NCBI RefSeq assembly: GCF_000011805.1
Contig: NC_006840.2
DNA from: Aliivibrio fischeri ES114
GTDB taxonomy: Bacteria > Pseudomonadota > Gammaproteobacteria > Enterobacterales > Vibrionaceae
Strand: one strand, 5' to 3'
Length of the DNA stretch: 32,000 bases
Under the pieces are notes generated by a model that was not told the origin of the DNA, made no database searches, and saw nothing but the letters and a program-made list of their open reading frames with translations. Position numbers and translations under genes: made by a program. This document shows positions 18,796 to 27,696 of the stretch, one piece after another. The stretch's first letter is position 1, and every line of letters begins with the position of its first letter.

Positions 18796-18831
18796 AGTGA
18801 ATACGTCCTTATCCTTAATTCTTTACGCTAA

Positions 18832-20142
18832 TTACACACGAAGTGCTGCTGTGAGCATTTGTAATTGAGATTCATATTGTTTAGCAAAATCTTGCTCTAA
18901 TAGTGCGTTGCGCCAGTCAGGGTCCTTGCTGATTTGTTTGTGTAGTTTGCTGTAAGCCTGCCAATATTTGGCGTCAGGTTTGCCAAATTTGCTTTGTATT
19001 CCTTCTTGTACAAAACGATATATCAGCGTTTCTGGAGAGAGTTTTTCAATCAATGCATCTAACGTATGTTGGCAAGCGTCATGAATAGCCAATTGATTCG
19101 CTTGGATGTCTTTGCAGCTTTGGTTGATGGCTTCAATCCCTTGTAGATACCCAGGTTTATGATGAATAATGATATTGAGTGCATCGTTAACATCATGGGT
19201 GAATTTTATTGGGTTATTACCTTGGCCTTGAATCGTGGTGGCATTCGCTGTTAATTTATTTTTGATTTCAGTACGTGTACGTAGTAATTGTTGGATGCCA
19301 TTTACTGAACTGCGAAGCGCAGAGCCAATATCAAATAAGGTTTGTTCTGGGTCTTCGAGGTTAGTTAGCTCGATGCCTAATCCTTTAGATAATGCAGCTA
19401 AATAAGCTTCGTTTGAGGTTGTTTGTGTATTACGCACTTCTTTGTTTGTGATGCTATCTATTTTATTTTTAGAGGTCGTATTGATCTTTTCCTCTGATTT
19501 TTTTGGTTGATAAGTTGGTTCTAGTTCAATCTCATCATCAAGGGAATCATTGCTAAGTTCCTCTTCATTAAATATCGGAGAAATGAATTGCTCTTTAAGT
19601 AGCACATCATCCATTTGTGTGTGAGAAGGTGTCGATTCTTCTACTTGTTTTAGAATGATTTCTTCATCTGAATTTAATAGTTCTTCAATTGGTCCATCAC
19701 TTAAAAAACTATCATCAGGGATCATATCAAATACCGATGGTGACTCATCCGTACCATGGTTTGATAAAGGATCACGAGAGGCATTTGGATTTGTTTCTGG
19801 TGAACGATAATGTGTTGGGTCTTGTAATAGACGAGCGCGTATTTTAATAAATCCCAACTCGTATACATCGCCATGTGATATCGGATGCAGTTCACCACTA
19901 TTTAATGATGCTTCATCTCCGTTTAAATACGTGCCATTGGTACTGCTATCGGTAATGAAAAACTGTTCGTCTTCAAAGCTAATCGAAGCATGGACGTTTG
20001 ATAATTGTCTTTTACTATCTGCAATATACCAATCGGCATTTGGACTGCGACCAATGGTGCCACCCGCTTTTTTGAAGGTAAAAGTAGGTAAGGTATCAAT
20101 AGGTAAATCTTGTGATTGAATAATATCAAAAGCCAGTTCCAT
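18832..20142 (-). CDS. tagH: T6SS FHA-domain protein (Fha/TagH)
   Basis: The N-terminal FHA domain keeps the phosphothreonine-binding residues (GTIGRS, LSNVHA, STNGTYLNG). An acidic linker and a TagH-type C-terminal domain follow. A strong GAGGAGGAA Shine-Dalgarno lies upstream. Confidence 0.9.
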   Translation of the reverse strand: MELAFDIIQSQDLPIDTLPTFTFKKAGGTIGRSPNADWYIADSKRQLSNVHASISFEDEQFFITDSSTNGTYLNGDEASLNSGELHPISHGDVYELGFIKIRARLLQDPTHYRSPETNPNASRDPLSNHGTDESPSVFDMIPDDSFLSDGPIEELLNSDEEIILKQVEESTPSHTQMDDVLLKEQFISPIFNEEELSNDSLDDEIELEPTYQPKKSEEKINTTSKNKIDSITNKEVRNTQTTSNEAYLAALSKGLGIELTNLEDPEQTLFDIGSALRSSVNGIQQLLRTRTEIKNKLTANATTIQGQGNNPIKFTHDVNDALNIIIHHKPGYLQGIEAINQSCKDIQANQLAIHDACQHTLDALIEKLSPETLIYRFVQEGIQSKFGKPDAKYWQAYSKLHKQISKDPDWRNALLEQDFAKQYESQLQMLTAALRV

Positions 20143-20145
20143 CTT

Positions 20146-20274
20146 TTATTCCTCCTCTGAAACTAACGTGGTTTGCTCTTGTGGAGCAGGGTTGCCAACA
20201 GGACGATATTCATCGTAATTGCTGCATGCTGACAGCAGTAATAGGGTTGTGATTAGTGAAAAGCGTAACAACAT
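20146..20274 (-). CDS. Unlisted 42-aa putative lipoprotein ORF between vasH and fha
   Basis: Hand translation of the minus strand gives MLLRFSLITTLLLLSACSNYDEYRPVGNPAPQEQTTLVSEEE*. A lipobox is present (LSA/C). GGAG lies 9 nt upstream of the ATG, which starts 2 nt after the vasH stop. The TAA stop (20146-20148) lies 3 nt before the fha ATG. The ORF fills an otherwise 134-bp gap in an operon whose other gaps are 89 bp or less. Confidence 0.5.
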   Translation of the reverse strand: MLLRFSLITTLLLLSACSNYDEYRPVGNPAPQEQTTLVSEEE

Positions 20275-20276
20275 GC

Positions 20277-21845
20277 TTAATATCTCCATTCCTTGGCGGA
20301 TAAATTAAATTTTCGTAATCGATAATCAAGAGAACCTTTTGATAGCTCTAAATGGTTAGCTATGGTCTGCAAGTGTCCTTGATGTTTCTCTAAATATTGC
20401 ATTAAAACGTTCTTCTCAAATTGGTCTATTTGAGAAGATAAGCTGCCAGTTAACGCCTGTTCTTTATTCTCTTTTGGCGTCATCATCATGATGCTATTCA
20501 AGACTTTTTCTATGACAGATTTATCTAACTGTTGGCAGTCAGGCGCTTCCATACAGCAACGCTCTATGATGTTTTTTAGCTCACGAACATTCCCTGGAAA
20601 TGAGTAATTATCAAGGTAGCTGATAAACTCATTGGTTAATGCGGGGGTAGGTTGATGGAGCTCTAAAGCATAATGCTTAGTAAAAAAATGACTCAATAAA
20701 GCGATGTCGCCATAACGCTCTCTAAGTGGAGGAAGAGCGATGGTAAATTGTGCTAAACGGAAATAGAGGTCTTGACGGAATTCACCTTGCTCAATTTTTT
20801 TGATTAAAGCTTGGTGTGTTGCTGCAACAACTTTGACATCAATATCGTAAAGGGTAGTTGACCCTAATGGGCGAACTTTTTTCTCTTCTAATACGCGAAG
20901 CAGCTTGGCTTGAAGTGAGCTTGGCATATCTCCGATTTCATCTAAAAATAGGATACCTTTGTCAGCGGATCGGATTAAACCAATGTAATCTCTATCCGCT
21001 CCAGTAAACGCTCCTTTTTGATAACCAAATAACTCACTTTCAAGTAGGTGCTCAGGAATGGAGGCACAGTTTTGTACGACGTATGGCTCGTTTCTTCTAT
21101 TACCAAATTGATGAATAGCTTTTGCGATAAGTTCTTTACCGCTTCCTGTTTCACCAGTAACCAATACATTTCGATTAATGTGTAGCGCTTTAGATATATT
21201 AAGGCGCACCTCTTTTATCGCACTACTATCGCCAACAATATTAAAATCAGATGGGATGTGGGTTGTTGATGAATGAGGAGCAATCTTTTGATCCAATAAA
21301 GCGTAACTGTTTTTAATTGCTAGTGCGATTCGGTCAATAGCAAGTGAGTTAAGGGTATAAATTGTTTGGCGATCACTTTTTTGGTAAGTACTAAAATTGG
21401 AGAAATAAAACATGAGTACGCCTGAAATTCTTTGTTGTGAATTTCTTAATGGCATAAATTCAACTTCACCATCGGTTAGAGTGTAATACTCTGATTGTTC
21501 GAATAAAATATGCTTAATATCATCAGTACATTGACTAAAATGAAGATTAAAATTACGCCCTTCACTCATACAGAGAGTTAACGTATTAAATTCACGATAA
21601 TCGGTATTTATGATGTTATTTTTGTCGTTTTTATTCTCAAAAGGCAAAGAGGTGATTTGAGGTTGATGTTTAGAGTCAGAATAACCTTCAGCCATTTTAA
21701 ATAACTGTGCACCAGAAGGTTGCGATAAAAAGCAAATTACCTTTTGGGCACCACTGTGTTTTAAAATTCCAGATAACCAACATTGAGTGAATTTATTAAA
21801 GTCACTTTGTTGTTCTGAAGTAATATTCATTAATAGCTCTGGCAT
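20277..21845 (-). CDS. vasH: Sigma-54-dependent transcriptional activator (VasH-like bacterial enhancer-binding protein)
   Basis: The AAA+ sigma54-interaction domain has Walker A (GETGSGKE), ESELFGY, the GAFTGA loop (YQKGAFTGA) and Walker B (ILFLDEIGD). A C-terminal Fis-type HTH is present (LSKGSLDYRLRKFNL). The N-terminal ~190 aa is GAF-like and is not a receiver domain. Confidence 0.9.
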   Translation of the reverse strand: MPELLMNITSEQQSDFNKFTQCWLSGILKHSGAQKVICFLSQPSGAQLFKMAEGYSDSKHQPQITSLPFENKNDKNNIINTDYREFNTLTLCMSEGRNFNLHFSQCTDDIKHILFEQSEYYTLTDGEVEFMPLRNSQQRISGVLMFYFSNFSTYQKSDRQTIYTLNSLAIDRIALAIKNSYALLDQKIAPHSSTTHIPSDFNIVGDSSAIKEVRLNISKALHINRNVLVTGETGSGKELIAKAIHQFGNRRNEPYVVQNCASIPEHLLESELFGYQKGAFTGADRDYIGLIRSADKGILFLDEIGDMPSSLQAKLLRVLEEKKVRPLGSTTLYDIDVKVVAATHQALIKKIEQGEFRQDLYFRLAQFTIALPPLRERYGDIALLSHFFTKHYALELHQPTPALTNEFISYLDNYSFPGNVRELKNIIERCCMEAPDCQQLDKSVIEKVLNSIMMMTPKENKEQALTGSLSSQIDQFEKNVLMQYLEKHQGHLQTIANHLELSKGSLDYRLRKFNLSAKEWRY

Positions 21846-21850
21846 GATGG

Positions 21851-24433
21851 CTAGTCCTCAAACTCGCAAAAGACTTGGCCATTTTCATCAATACATAAAG
21901 AAATACTGGTTAATGGTTCTTTTCTAGCCAGTGCTAGCAGTATTTGGGATGAAAATGCAGGTTTTAGTTGTCCATTAATAATGGCATCAATATTTCTCGC
22001 ACCGGTTTCAGTTAATGTACAACTTTGAGCAATGTGTTGAATGATTGCTTCGTCATAATGAAGAGTGATTTGTTGCAATGATAGCTGTTCGGTTAATTGT
22101 TTAAGGCGAATATCCACAAGGGCTTCCATACTTTCCATATCAAGAGGGAAGAATGGGACAACGGTCATTCGTCCGACTAAGGCTGGTTTAAAGTACTGAT
22201 TTAACGTTGGACGGATGGCTTTAGTTAATGCATCAGTTGTCGGTTTTTCTTCTTGATTACAAAGAGCTTCAATTTGATCAGAGGCTAAGTTTGACGTCAT
22301 GATTATTAGTGTTTGTTTGAAGTTGATTTCTCTTCCTTCACCATCATTAGCTACGCCTTTATCAAAAATTTGATAGAAAAGGTTCATTATTTCAGGATCT
22401 GCTTTTTCGACTTCATCAAGTAATACAACGGAATAAGGGCGTTGACGAACGGCTTCAGTTAACACTCCGCCTTCACCATATCCAACGTAGCCAGGAGGCG
22501 AACCAATTAGGCGAGATACGGTGTGTTTTTCTTGAAACTCTGACATATTGATGGTGGTAAGAAATTGTTCGCCGCCATACATTAAATCGGCAATGGCTTG
22601 AGCGGTTTGAGTTTTGCCTACACCACTTGGACCAACAAAAAGAAATACACCAGTTGGAGAATTAGGGTTGTTTAATCCTGCTGCAGTGGCTTGGATTGCT
22701 TTTTCTAAGGCGATGACGGCTTGATCTTGGCCTTTGATTTGTTCTTTTAGCTTTGATTTTATCGTAAGTACTTGAGTCGCTTGTCCACGTTGTAATGTAC
22801 TCATTGGAATGCCTGTCCAATGGGATACTACCTCAGCAACCAAAGATGGGCAGGTTTCGTAGTTGACTAAAGAGTGTGTATGTTGTGCATCCGATAGCGC
22901 TTGATGTATCTCTTGTTGGTTGCAAATTAATCGATGCTTTTCTTCTTCATCGTTACATTGTGCAATGTCAATTCGAGAAGTTAGTAACGCTTCGGCTAAT
23001 TCTTTTTGTGTTTGCCATTCTTGTTCTAACTGTTCAGCGTCAAGGTGGGTTTGAGACAGTTTTTCTTTCAACAGAGTGATGGTGTTTTCTTCAATATTGA
23101 TCCCAGCTTGTTGATCTCTTAATACACAATCAAGCTCACGTTGAGTAATAGCAATAATATGCAATAACCTTTCTAATGACTCAGGCTTTGCTTTTAAATT
23201 GATCTTCACACGTGCACAAGCCGTATCAAGAAGATCGATTGCTTTATCAGGTAGTTGGCGACCGCTAATGTAACGTGCAGATAATTCAGCAGCGGCAATA
23301 ATGGCATCATCTCTTACATAAACACCGTGGCTTTCTTCATAACGCTCTGCAAGACCACGTAAAATCGTTATGGCTTGAGTAACATTAGGTTCGTTCACTT
23401 TTACAGGTTGGAAACGTCGTGCAAGTGCAGGATCCTTTTCAATGTATTTTTTATATTCAGACCACGTTGTTGCACCTATTGTGCGTAATTCACCTCGAGC
23501 AAGAGCTGGTTTTAGAAGATTGGCTGCATCATTGCTACCTGCTTGTCCACCAGCACCAATTAGAGTATGTGCTTCATCAATAAATAAGATAATAGGCGTC
23601 GGACTTTCTTGAACTGCTGTGATAACCAAATTTAAGCGACGTTCAAATTCACCTTTAATGCTTGCTCCTGCTTGAAGTAGTCCAAGGTCTAAAGAGAGAA
23701 GGGCGACATTTTCAAGCATATCCGGCACTTCACCTTGAGCTATTTTTATTGCTAAACCTTCTACTAATGCCGTTTTACCAACCCCTGCTTCGCCAACAAT
23801 CATTGGGTTATTTTTACGGCGACGAGCTAAAATATCGATCATTTGACGAATTTCAGAATCTCGGCATAAAACAGGATCAATTTTATTATCTTTCGCCAAT
23901 TGTGTGTAATTGGTTGTGTATGCATCGAGTGCATTTTGATGTTCAGCAGAGGAATGAGAATCTCGATTCGCACAGCTGACTAAGCCTTCAACCTGTTGTT
24001 TTAATGAAGCGACAGGAATAACACTTAACTCACGGTAATAGGGGGTGTGCCCATATTTGTTTGGATGGGAAAGGAGAGTAAGCAGTAAATTTGCTGCGAG
24101 TACTTCAGAAAGTTGCATTTCTAACATGGAGAAGAGATAACTTTCTTGAAGCCATTCGATTAACGCAGTTGATAAGACAGGATGATTACTTTCAGATGAG
24201 GTACTTTTTCTTCCGTGTTGTAGCGCTTCAATTAAAACGTCAGTAGATACATTGTATTGTTGACAAGCTTTATTCCAGAAACTTTGTGGATTATTCAGTG
24301 CCGCAAGAATAAAGTCTTCACATAACACTTCATTACCGCCACGAGTGACGCATAATTGTGCGGCTTGCTCTAACGCAAGGTGTGACTCTTTATCTAATGT
24401 TTTAATTAATTGAGGTAGTTCTACGTTAATCAT
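21851..24433 (-). CDS. tssH: T6SS AAA+ ATPase ClpV (TssH)
   Basis: 860 aa with a Clp N-domain and two AAA+ modules (GEAGVGKT...ILFIDEAH; GPSGVGKT...[10 protein letters not shown]). It overlaps the tssG stop by ATGA. Confidence 0.95.
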   Translation of the reverse strand: MINVELPQLIKTLDKESHLALEQAAQLCVTRGGNEVLCEDFILAALNNPQSFWNKACQQYNVSTDVLIEALQHGRKSTSSESNHPVLSTALIEWLQESYLFSMLEMQLSEVLAANLLLTLLSHPNKYGHTPYYRELSVIPVASLKQQVEGLVSCANRDSHSSAEHQNALDAYTTNYTQLAKDNKIDPVLCRDSEIRQMIDILARRRKNNPMIVGEAGVGKTALVEGLAIKIAQGEVPDMLENVALLSLDLGLLQAGASIKGEFERRLNLVITAVQESPTPIILFIDEAHTLIGAGGQAGSNDAANLLKPALARGELRTIGATTWSEYKKYIEKDPALARRFQPVKVNEPNVTQAITILRGLAERYEESHGVYVRDDAIIAAAELSARYISGRQLPDKAIDLLDTACARVKINLKAKPESLERLLHIIAITQRELDCVLRDQQAGINIEENTITLLKEKLSQTHLDAEQLEQEWQTQKELAEALLTSRIDIAQCNDEEEKHRLICNQQEIHQALSDAQHTHSLVNYETCPSLVAEVVSHWTGIPMSTLQRGQATQVLTIKSKLKEQIKGQDQAVIALEKAIQATAAGLNNPNSPTGVFLFVGPSGVGKTQTAQAIADLMYGGEQFLTTINMSEFQEKHTVSRLIGSPPGYVGYGEGGVLTEAVRQRPYSVVLLDEVEKADPEIMNLFYQIFDKGVANDGEGREINFKQTLIIMTSNLASDQIEALCNQEEKPTTDALTKAIRPTLNQYFKPALVGRMTVVPFFPLDMESMEALVDIRLKQLTEQLSLQQITLHYDEAIIQHIAQSCTLTETGARNIDAIINGQLKPAFSSQILLALARKEPLTSISLCIDENGQVFCEFED

Positions 24434-25470
24434 AATGTTTTCCCTGAAAGTGTAATACGTCCTTCATTTGGGTTTGAACCTAGCCAACTCGTCCAACCTA
24501 AACAGCATTCATTATCAACTGATAAGGTTAATGGACGGGGTTCATCTTTTTTTAAATGAAGTTGAATATCAAAATCGAGTGGATCTTTAACGGTAAATTG
24601 CACTAATTGATTGAGTGCGATCCAATTTGGTTTATCGGTTAAAAAAGAGTGGAAGTGATCCCACGTTAATTCTTTTATATGTATACGAAATTTATTTGCT
24701 CTATCTGGTGCACTACTGCCCAAAACAGAGCTGCTAGAAAGAACGGCATTGTTCTGGCCCAATTCACAGAGTTGTTGTGTTGGAATTGAACAGTGACGAA
24801 GAATGCACTCTTCAATATGTATCGCTGAATGCTGGAAGTAGTATCGTAATAGCGCTTCTATTGTATTTGCTGATCTGACCCTTTGACTTAGCAAACCAAG
24901 GTAAGGAAATAAGCGAGACCAGTTGATTGAGTCGTCATCACGCAGTTCAGGATTTTTTAATCCAAGCAATGCGAATATATATTGTGAAAACGGATCATTG
25001 GCGCCTTCTCTAAACGCTGCGTTATAACGGTACTTTTGCCAAACACTACGAATTAAACGATGTAATCTGTGATGGAAAATATCAAGAAATGACTTTAGAA
25101 CGTTGTTTTCATCCTGCAGTAAATAATCATTATAAAAAGCAGGCAAGGGCGATGAAGCACCAATTAATGACAGCATATTTAACGTCATAATGACTTTTGG
25201 TAGCCCATCATCATGAGTAATTACTTTAATGCTTTGAATCTCACGAGGAGCAAAACCTTGTGAAGGATTCGCTACAAATTGAATGCGGTCATAGGCCTGA
25301 TCAAGATCCCAGTCATCATGTTTGGTTTTTAAGTGATGACATACATGATCCAATGCCTTCATCAAGGATAAATGTCCAATATGTTCAATGGTTATTCCTA
25401 ATTGAATAGGAATTTGATTTGATGTTATCGAGACTAAATTAGAGGTTGTTGCCCCATTCGTGGTAGCCAT
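24430..25470 (-). CDS. tssG: T6SS baseplate protein TssG
   Basis: 346 aa directly downstream of tssF, with size, position and sequence character of the VasB/TssG family. The listed ATG overlaps tssF by 37 bp, so the true start could be slightly downstream. Confidence 0.85.
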   Translation of the reverse strand: MATTNGATTSNLVSITSNQIPIQLGITIEHIGHLSLMKALDHVCHHLKTKHDDWDLDQAYDRIQFVANPSQGFAPREIQSIKVITHDDGLPKVIMTLNMLSLIGASSPLPAFYNDYLLQDENNVLKSFLDIFHHRLHRLIRSVWQKYRYNAAFREGANDPFSQYIFALLGLKNPELRDDDSINWSRLFPYLGLLSQRVRSANTIEALLRYYFQHSAIHIEECILRHCSIPTQQLCELGQNNAVLSSSSVLGSSAPDRANKFRIHIKELTWDHFHSFLTDKPNWIALNQLVQFTVKDPLDFDIQLHLKKDEPRPLTLSVDNECCLGWTSWLGSNPNEGRITLSGKTL

Positions 25471-27185
25471 GAATAGTCTCCTCCATCAGTGCTTGTAACG
25501 TGCAATTGGTTGAATGAATTCATACTGGTATAAAGCGATAAAAATTCATTAATTACAGTGGAAAATAAATACAGCTCGCCTTCACATAAAAAGTGCTTCG
25601 TGTTGAGATGAAGTTGTGTATTCATTGCTCGTACAGGAGCACCTTCATATAACATATCGCAAGGTTTGGTCGATATACTTACGATGCCATCGATCAGTCT
25701 TTTATGTTTTTTTCCTTTTGCATCGTCTTGTTGACCAGCAAAATCATAAGCAAGCAAAATACGTTTAAACGCTTCAGGCTTGGTTAATGAAAGATAATTA
25801 AGGGACATATTTGATATGAGCGACCAAAGACCATCTTTATCAATGGGTGGGGTGTAGCAAGGCGTTACTGTTCTGATATTGGTAAATGTGGCTGAACCAG
25901 TTGTTTGATCTGTTGTTTCTGTAATTGAGTTTACAGATAAACGTTGAGCTAATGCCCCATTACATGCAGTAACGGCAATAGAAACAGTAACGCTATTGGT
26001 AAAAGTGTGTTGAGAGCGAAAAGACAGATACGTATCAAAGTGCCCACTGACAATGTTCTTTTCTTGACGAATACTGTAATAGTTTGAGCGATTTTTATTT
26101 TCGTTATGTTCAAATGATTCAAAGTGGTAAAAATCGATACGACCTTTTTGCCCAGGGTTCCAACCGTGTACTTCTTTGACAGATAAAATAGTACTGCTAT
26201 CGTCATTTAAAGAAACTGGCGTGATCTTATATTGATCTTTTCTGTGGTTAAGTAAGAGTGGTTGTGTATCACTTTTAAATGAATTAACGATTGGGGTACA
26301 AAATAGCTCTGGTTGAACACGATTAGCGTAAAAAGGTTGTTGTGTGATGTTATCTAACGTGAATTTTAAATCGACATATTTACACCCTTGACTAAACTGA
26401 GCTGGCCAAACTGGTAACTCAGTTAAGTCAATGTAGTAATATTTTTCTGGGTAACAAAAAAATTCTTGAATGTGTCGGTAGCCTTCAAATGTATTGAGAG
26501 GGTAATCAAAAATAGCCTCATTGGTTTTAAAGCCAACAGGTTTAATGCTATGGGGTGGAAACGTTGAGCGATTGATTTGTTCTAACTCTTTATCCAAAGC
26601 ACAAAACTCAGCTTGAGTAGTGGAAGAGCATAGCGCCATAATAAGAGATAAGCAGCTGGCTTTGTCTCCATTAAAATGAACACGTAATTGCTTCATATTT
26701 AACGACGCTAGATCAATTCCTGAAGGTAATTCCAATCGTAATTGATAAATGCCACCATGCCCATTTGCTGTAAAAGACGATGAATGAAGTGATACTGGAT
26801 AAATATCAACATCAAAACATGTTTTAAATTTACATTGAATGCCATCAATAGGTTGGCTAAGTACTTCCGTACCACGTTTAATTATTGATGCTTGGGTTGC
26901 TTCACTTGCCGGTGTAAATTGCAGAGTACTCATTGCTGGAATTGCTTGGACATAGTTAGGCCACAATAAACGCATTAATGAATGAGTTAATTCTGGTAAC
27001 TGGTTATCTAAGCGTTGATGTAAACGACCAACTAAAAAAGCAAATCCTTCGAATAATCGCTCAATATCTGGATCCAATCCCTCTTGACCTAAATAGGGTG
27101 CTAAAGCCGGATTTTCTCTCGAAAACGACTTTCCTAATTCGCGCAGTGCTGCTAATTCAGATTGATAGTAATGATTAAAACTCAT
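25434..27185 (-). CDS. tssF: T6SS baseplate protein TssF
   Basis: 583 aa. The N-terminus MSFNHYYQSELAALRELGKSFSRENPALAPYL is the typical TssF/VasA opening. It overlaps tssE by ATGA. Confidence 0.93.
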   Translation of the reverse strand: MSFNHYYQSELAALRELGKSFSRENPALAPYLGQEGLDPDIERLFEGFAFLVGRLHQRLDNQLPELTHSLMRLLWPNYVQAIPAMSTLQFTPASEATQASIIKRGTEVLSQPIDGIQCKFKTCFDVDIYPVSLHSSSFTANGHGGIYQLRLELPSGIDLASLNMKQLRVHFNGDKASCLSLIMALCSSTTQAEFCALDKELEQINRSTFPPHSIKPVGFKTNEAIFDYPLNTFEGYRHIQEFFCYPEKYYYIDLTELPVWPAQFSQGCKYVDLKFTLDNITQQPFYANRVQPELFCTPIVNSFKSDTQPLLLNHRKDQYKITPVSLNDDSSTILSVKEVHGWNPGQKGRIDFYHFESFEHNENKNRSNYYSIRQEKNIVSGHFDTYLSFRSQHTFTNSVTVSIAVTACNGALAQRLSVNSITETTDQTTGSATFTNIRTVTPCYTPPIDKDGLWSLISNMSLNYLSLTKPEAFKRILLAYDFAGQQDDAKGKKHKRLIDGIVSISTKPCDMLYEGAPVRAMNTQLHLNTKHFLCEGELYLFSTVINEFLSLYTSMNSFNQLHVTSTDGGDYSWLPRMGQQPLI

Positions 27186-27607
27186 GCTGCACCTTGTGTA
27201 ATATTGGTTTCAGCTTTACGGTTAGCTGCCTGAGCATGAGCGGTAAATGAAATAGCGGTATTTTGCCCATTGATGATGACATCACCACTGACATCAAAAT
27301 AGAGACGTAATGGGTTATAGATATCACCTAAATAGCGGACTTGAGGATTAATGATTCTCGTTTCATAGCGAGCGATAACACGTTCAACCTCGCGTTTAAT
27401 ATGAAGGATGGCATCATGTGGACTCATGTGAGACATATTAAGATCTGGTAAGCCTAAATCAGGACAGATCAATGCAGCCCCTTGTCTTGTTGAAAGTAAC
27501 TGACTGACGTGTGAGCGAATTGAGTCCGTCATATGCTGTGCTGTGACAGATTGATTGCTTTGTGTTGTACCACTTAATAGTCGTTCAAATAATCGTTGGT
27601 TCGACAT
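27182..27607 (-). CDS. tssE: T6SS baseplate protein TssE (gp25-like)
   Basis: 141 aa and gp25/lysozyme-like (LFERL...SIRSHVSQLLSTRQG...REVERVIARYETRI). It lies between tssC and tssF. Confidence 0.9.
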   Translation of the reverse strand: MSNQRLFERLLSGTTQSNQSVTAQHMTDSIRSHVSQLLSTRQGAALICPDLGLPDLNMSHMSPHDAILHIKREVERVIARYETRIINPQVRYLGDIYNPLRLYFDVSGDVIINGQNTAISFTAHAQAANRKAETNITQGAA

Positions 27608-27629
27608 ATTCCACTCTTTATTCCATTAA

Positions 27630-27689
27630 CACCCTGTGAAATACCCTGTGTTTATTGTCAATAATTAGACTTTTACTAAACACAGGGTG
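27630..27689 (-). promoter_or_regulatory. Intercistronic repeat/stem-loop element between tssC and tssE (possible attenuator, processing barrier or operator)
   Basis: On the plus strand ACCCTGTGTTTA (27643-27654) is perfectly complementary to TAAACACAGGGT (27677-27688), with a 22-nt loop. A further direct copy CACCCTGTG (27630-27638) is perfectly complementary to CACAGGGTG (27681-27689), allowing alternative pairing. The element starts 8 nt after the tssC stop. Confidence 0.55.
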
Positions 27690-27696
27690 AAAGGGA

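Noticed and set aside
27608-27696. Possible missing hcp gene or internal promoter in the tssC-tssE gap (a perfect TTGACA sits in the hairpin loop on the operon strand)
   Set aside because: 89 bp cannot encode Hcp, and no ORF is present. The TTGACA has no acceptable -10 hexamer at 16-19 nt spacing, so I do not call a promoter.
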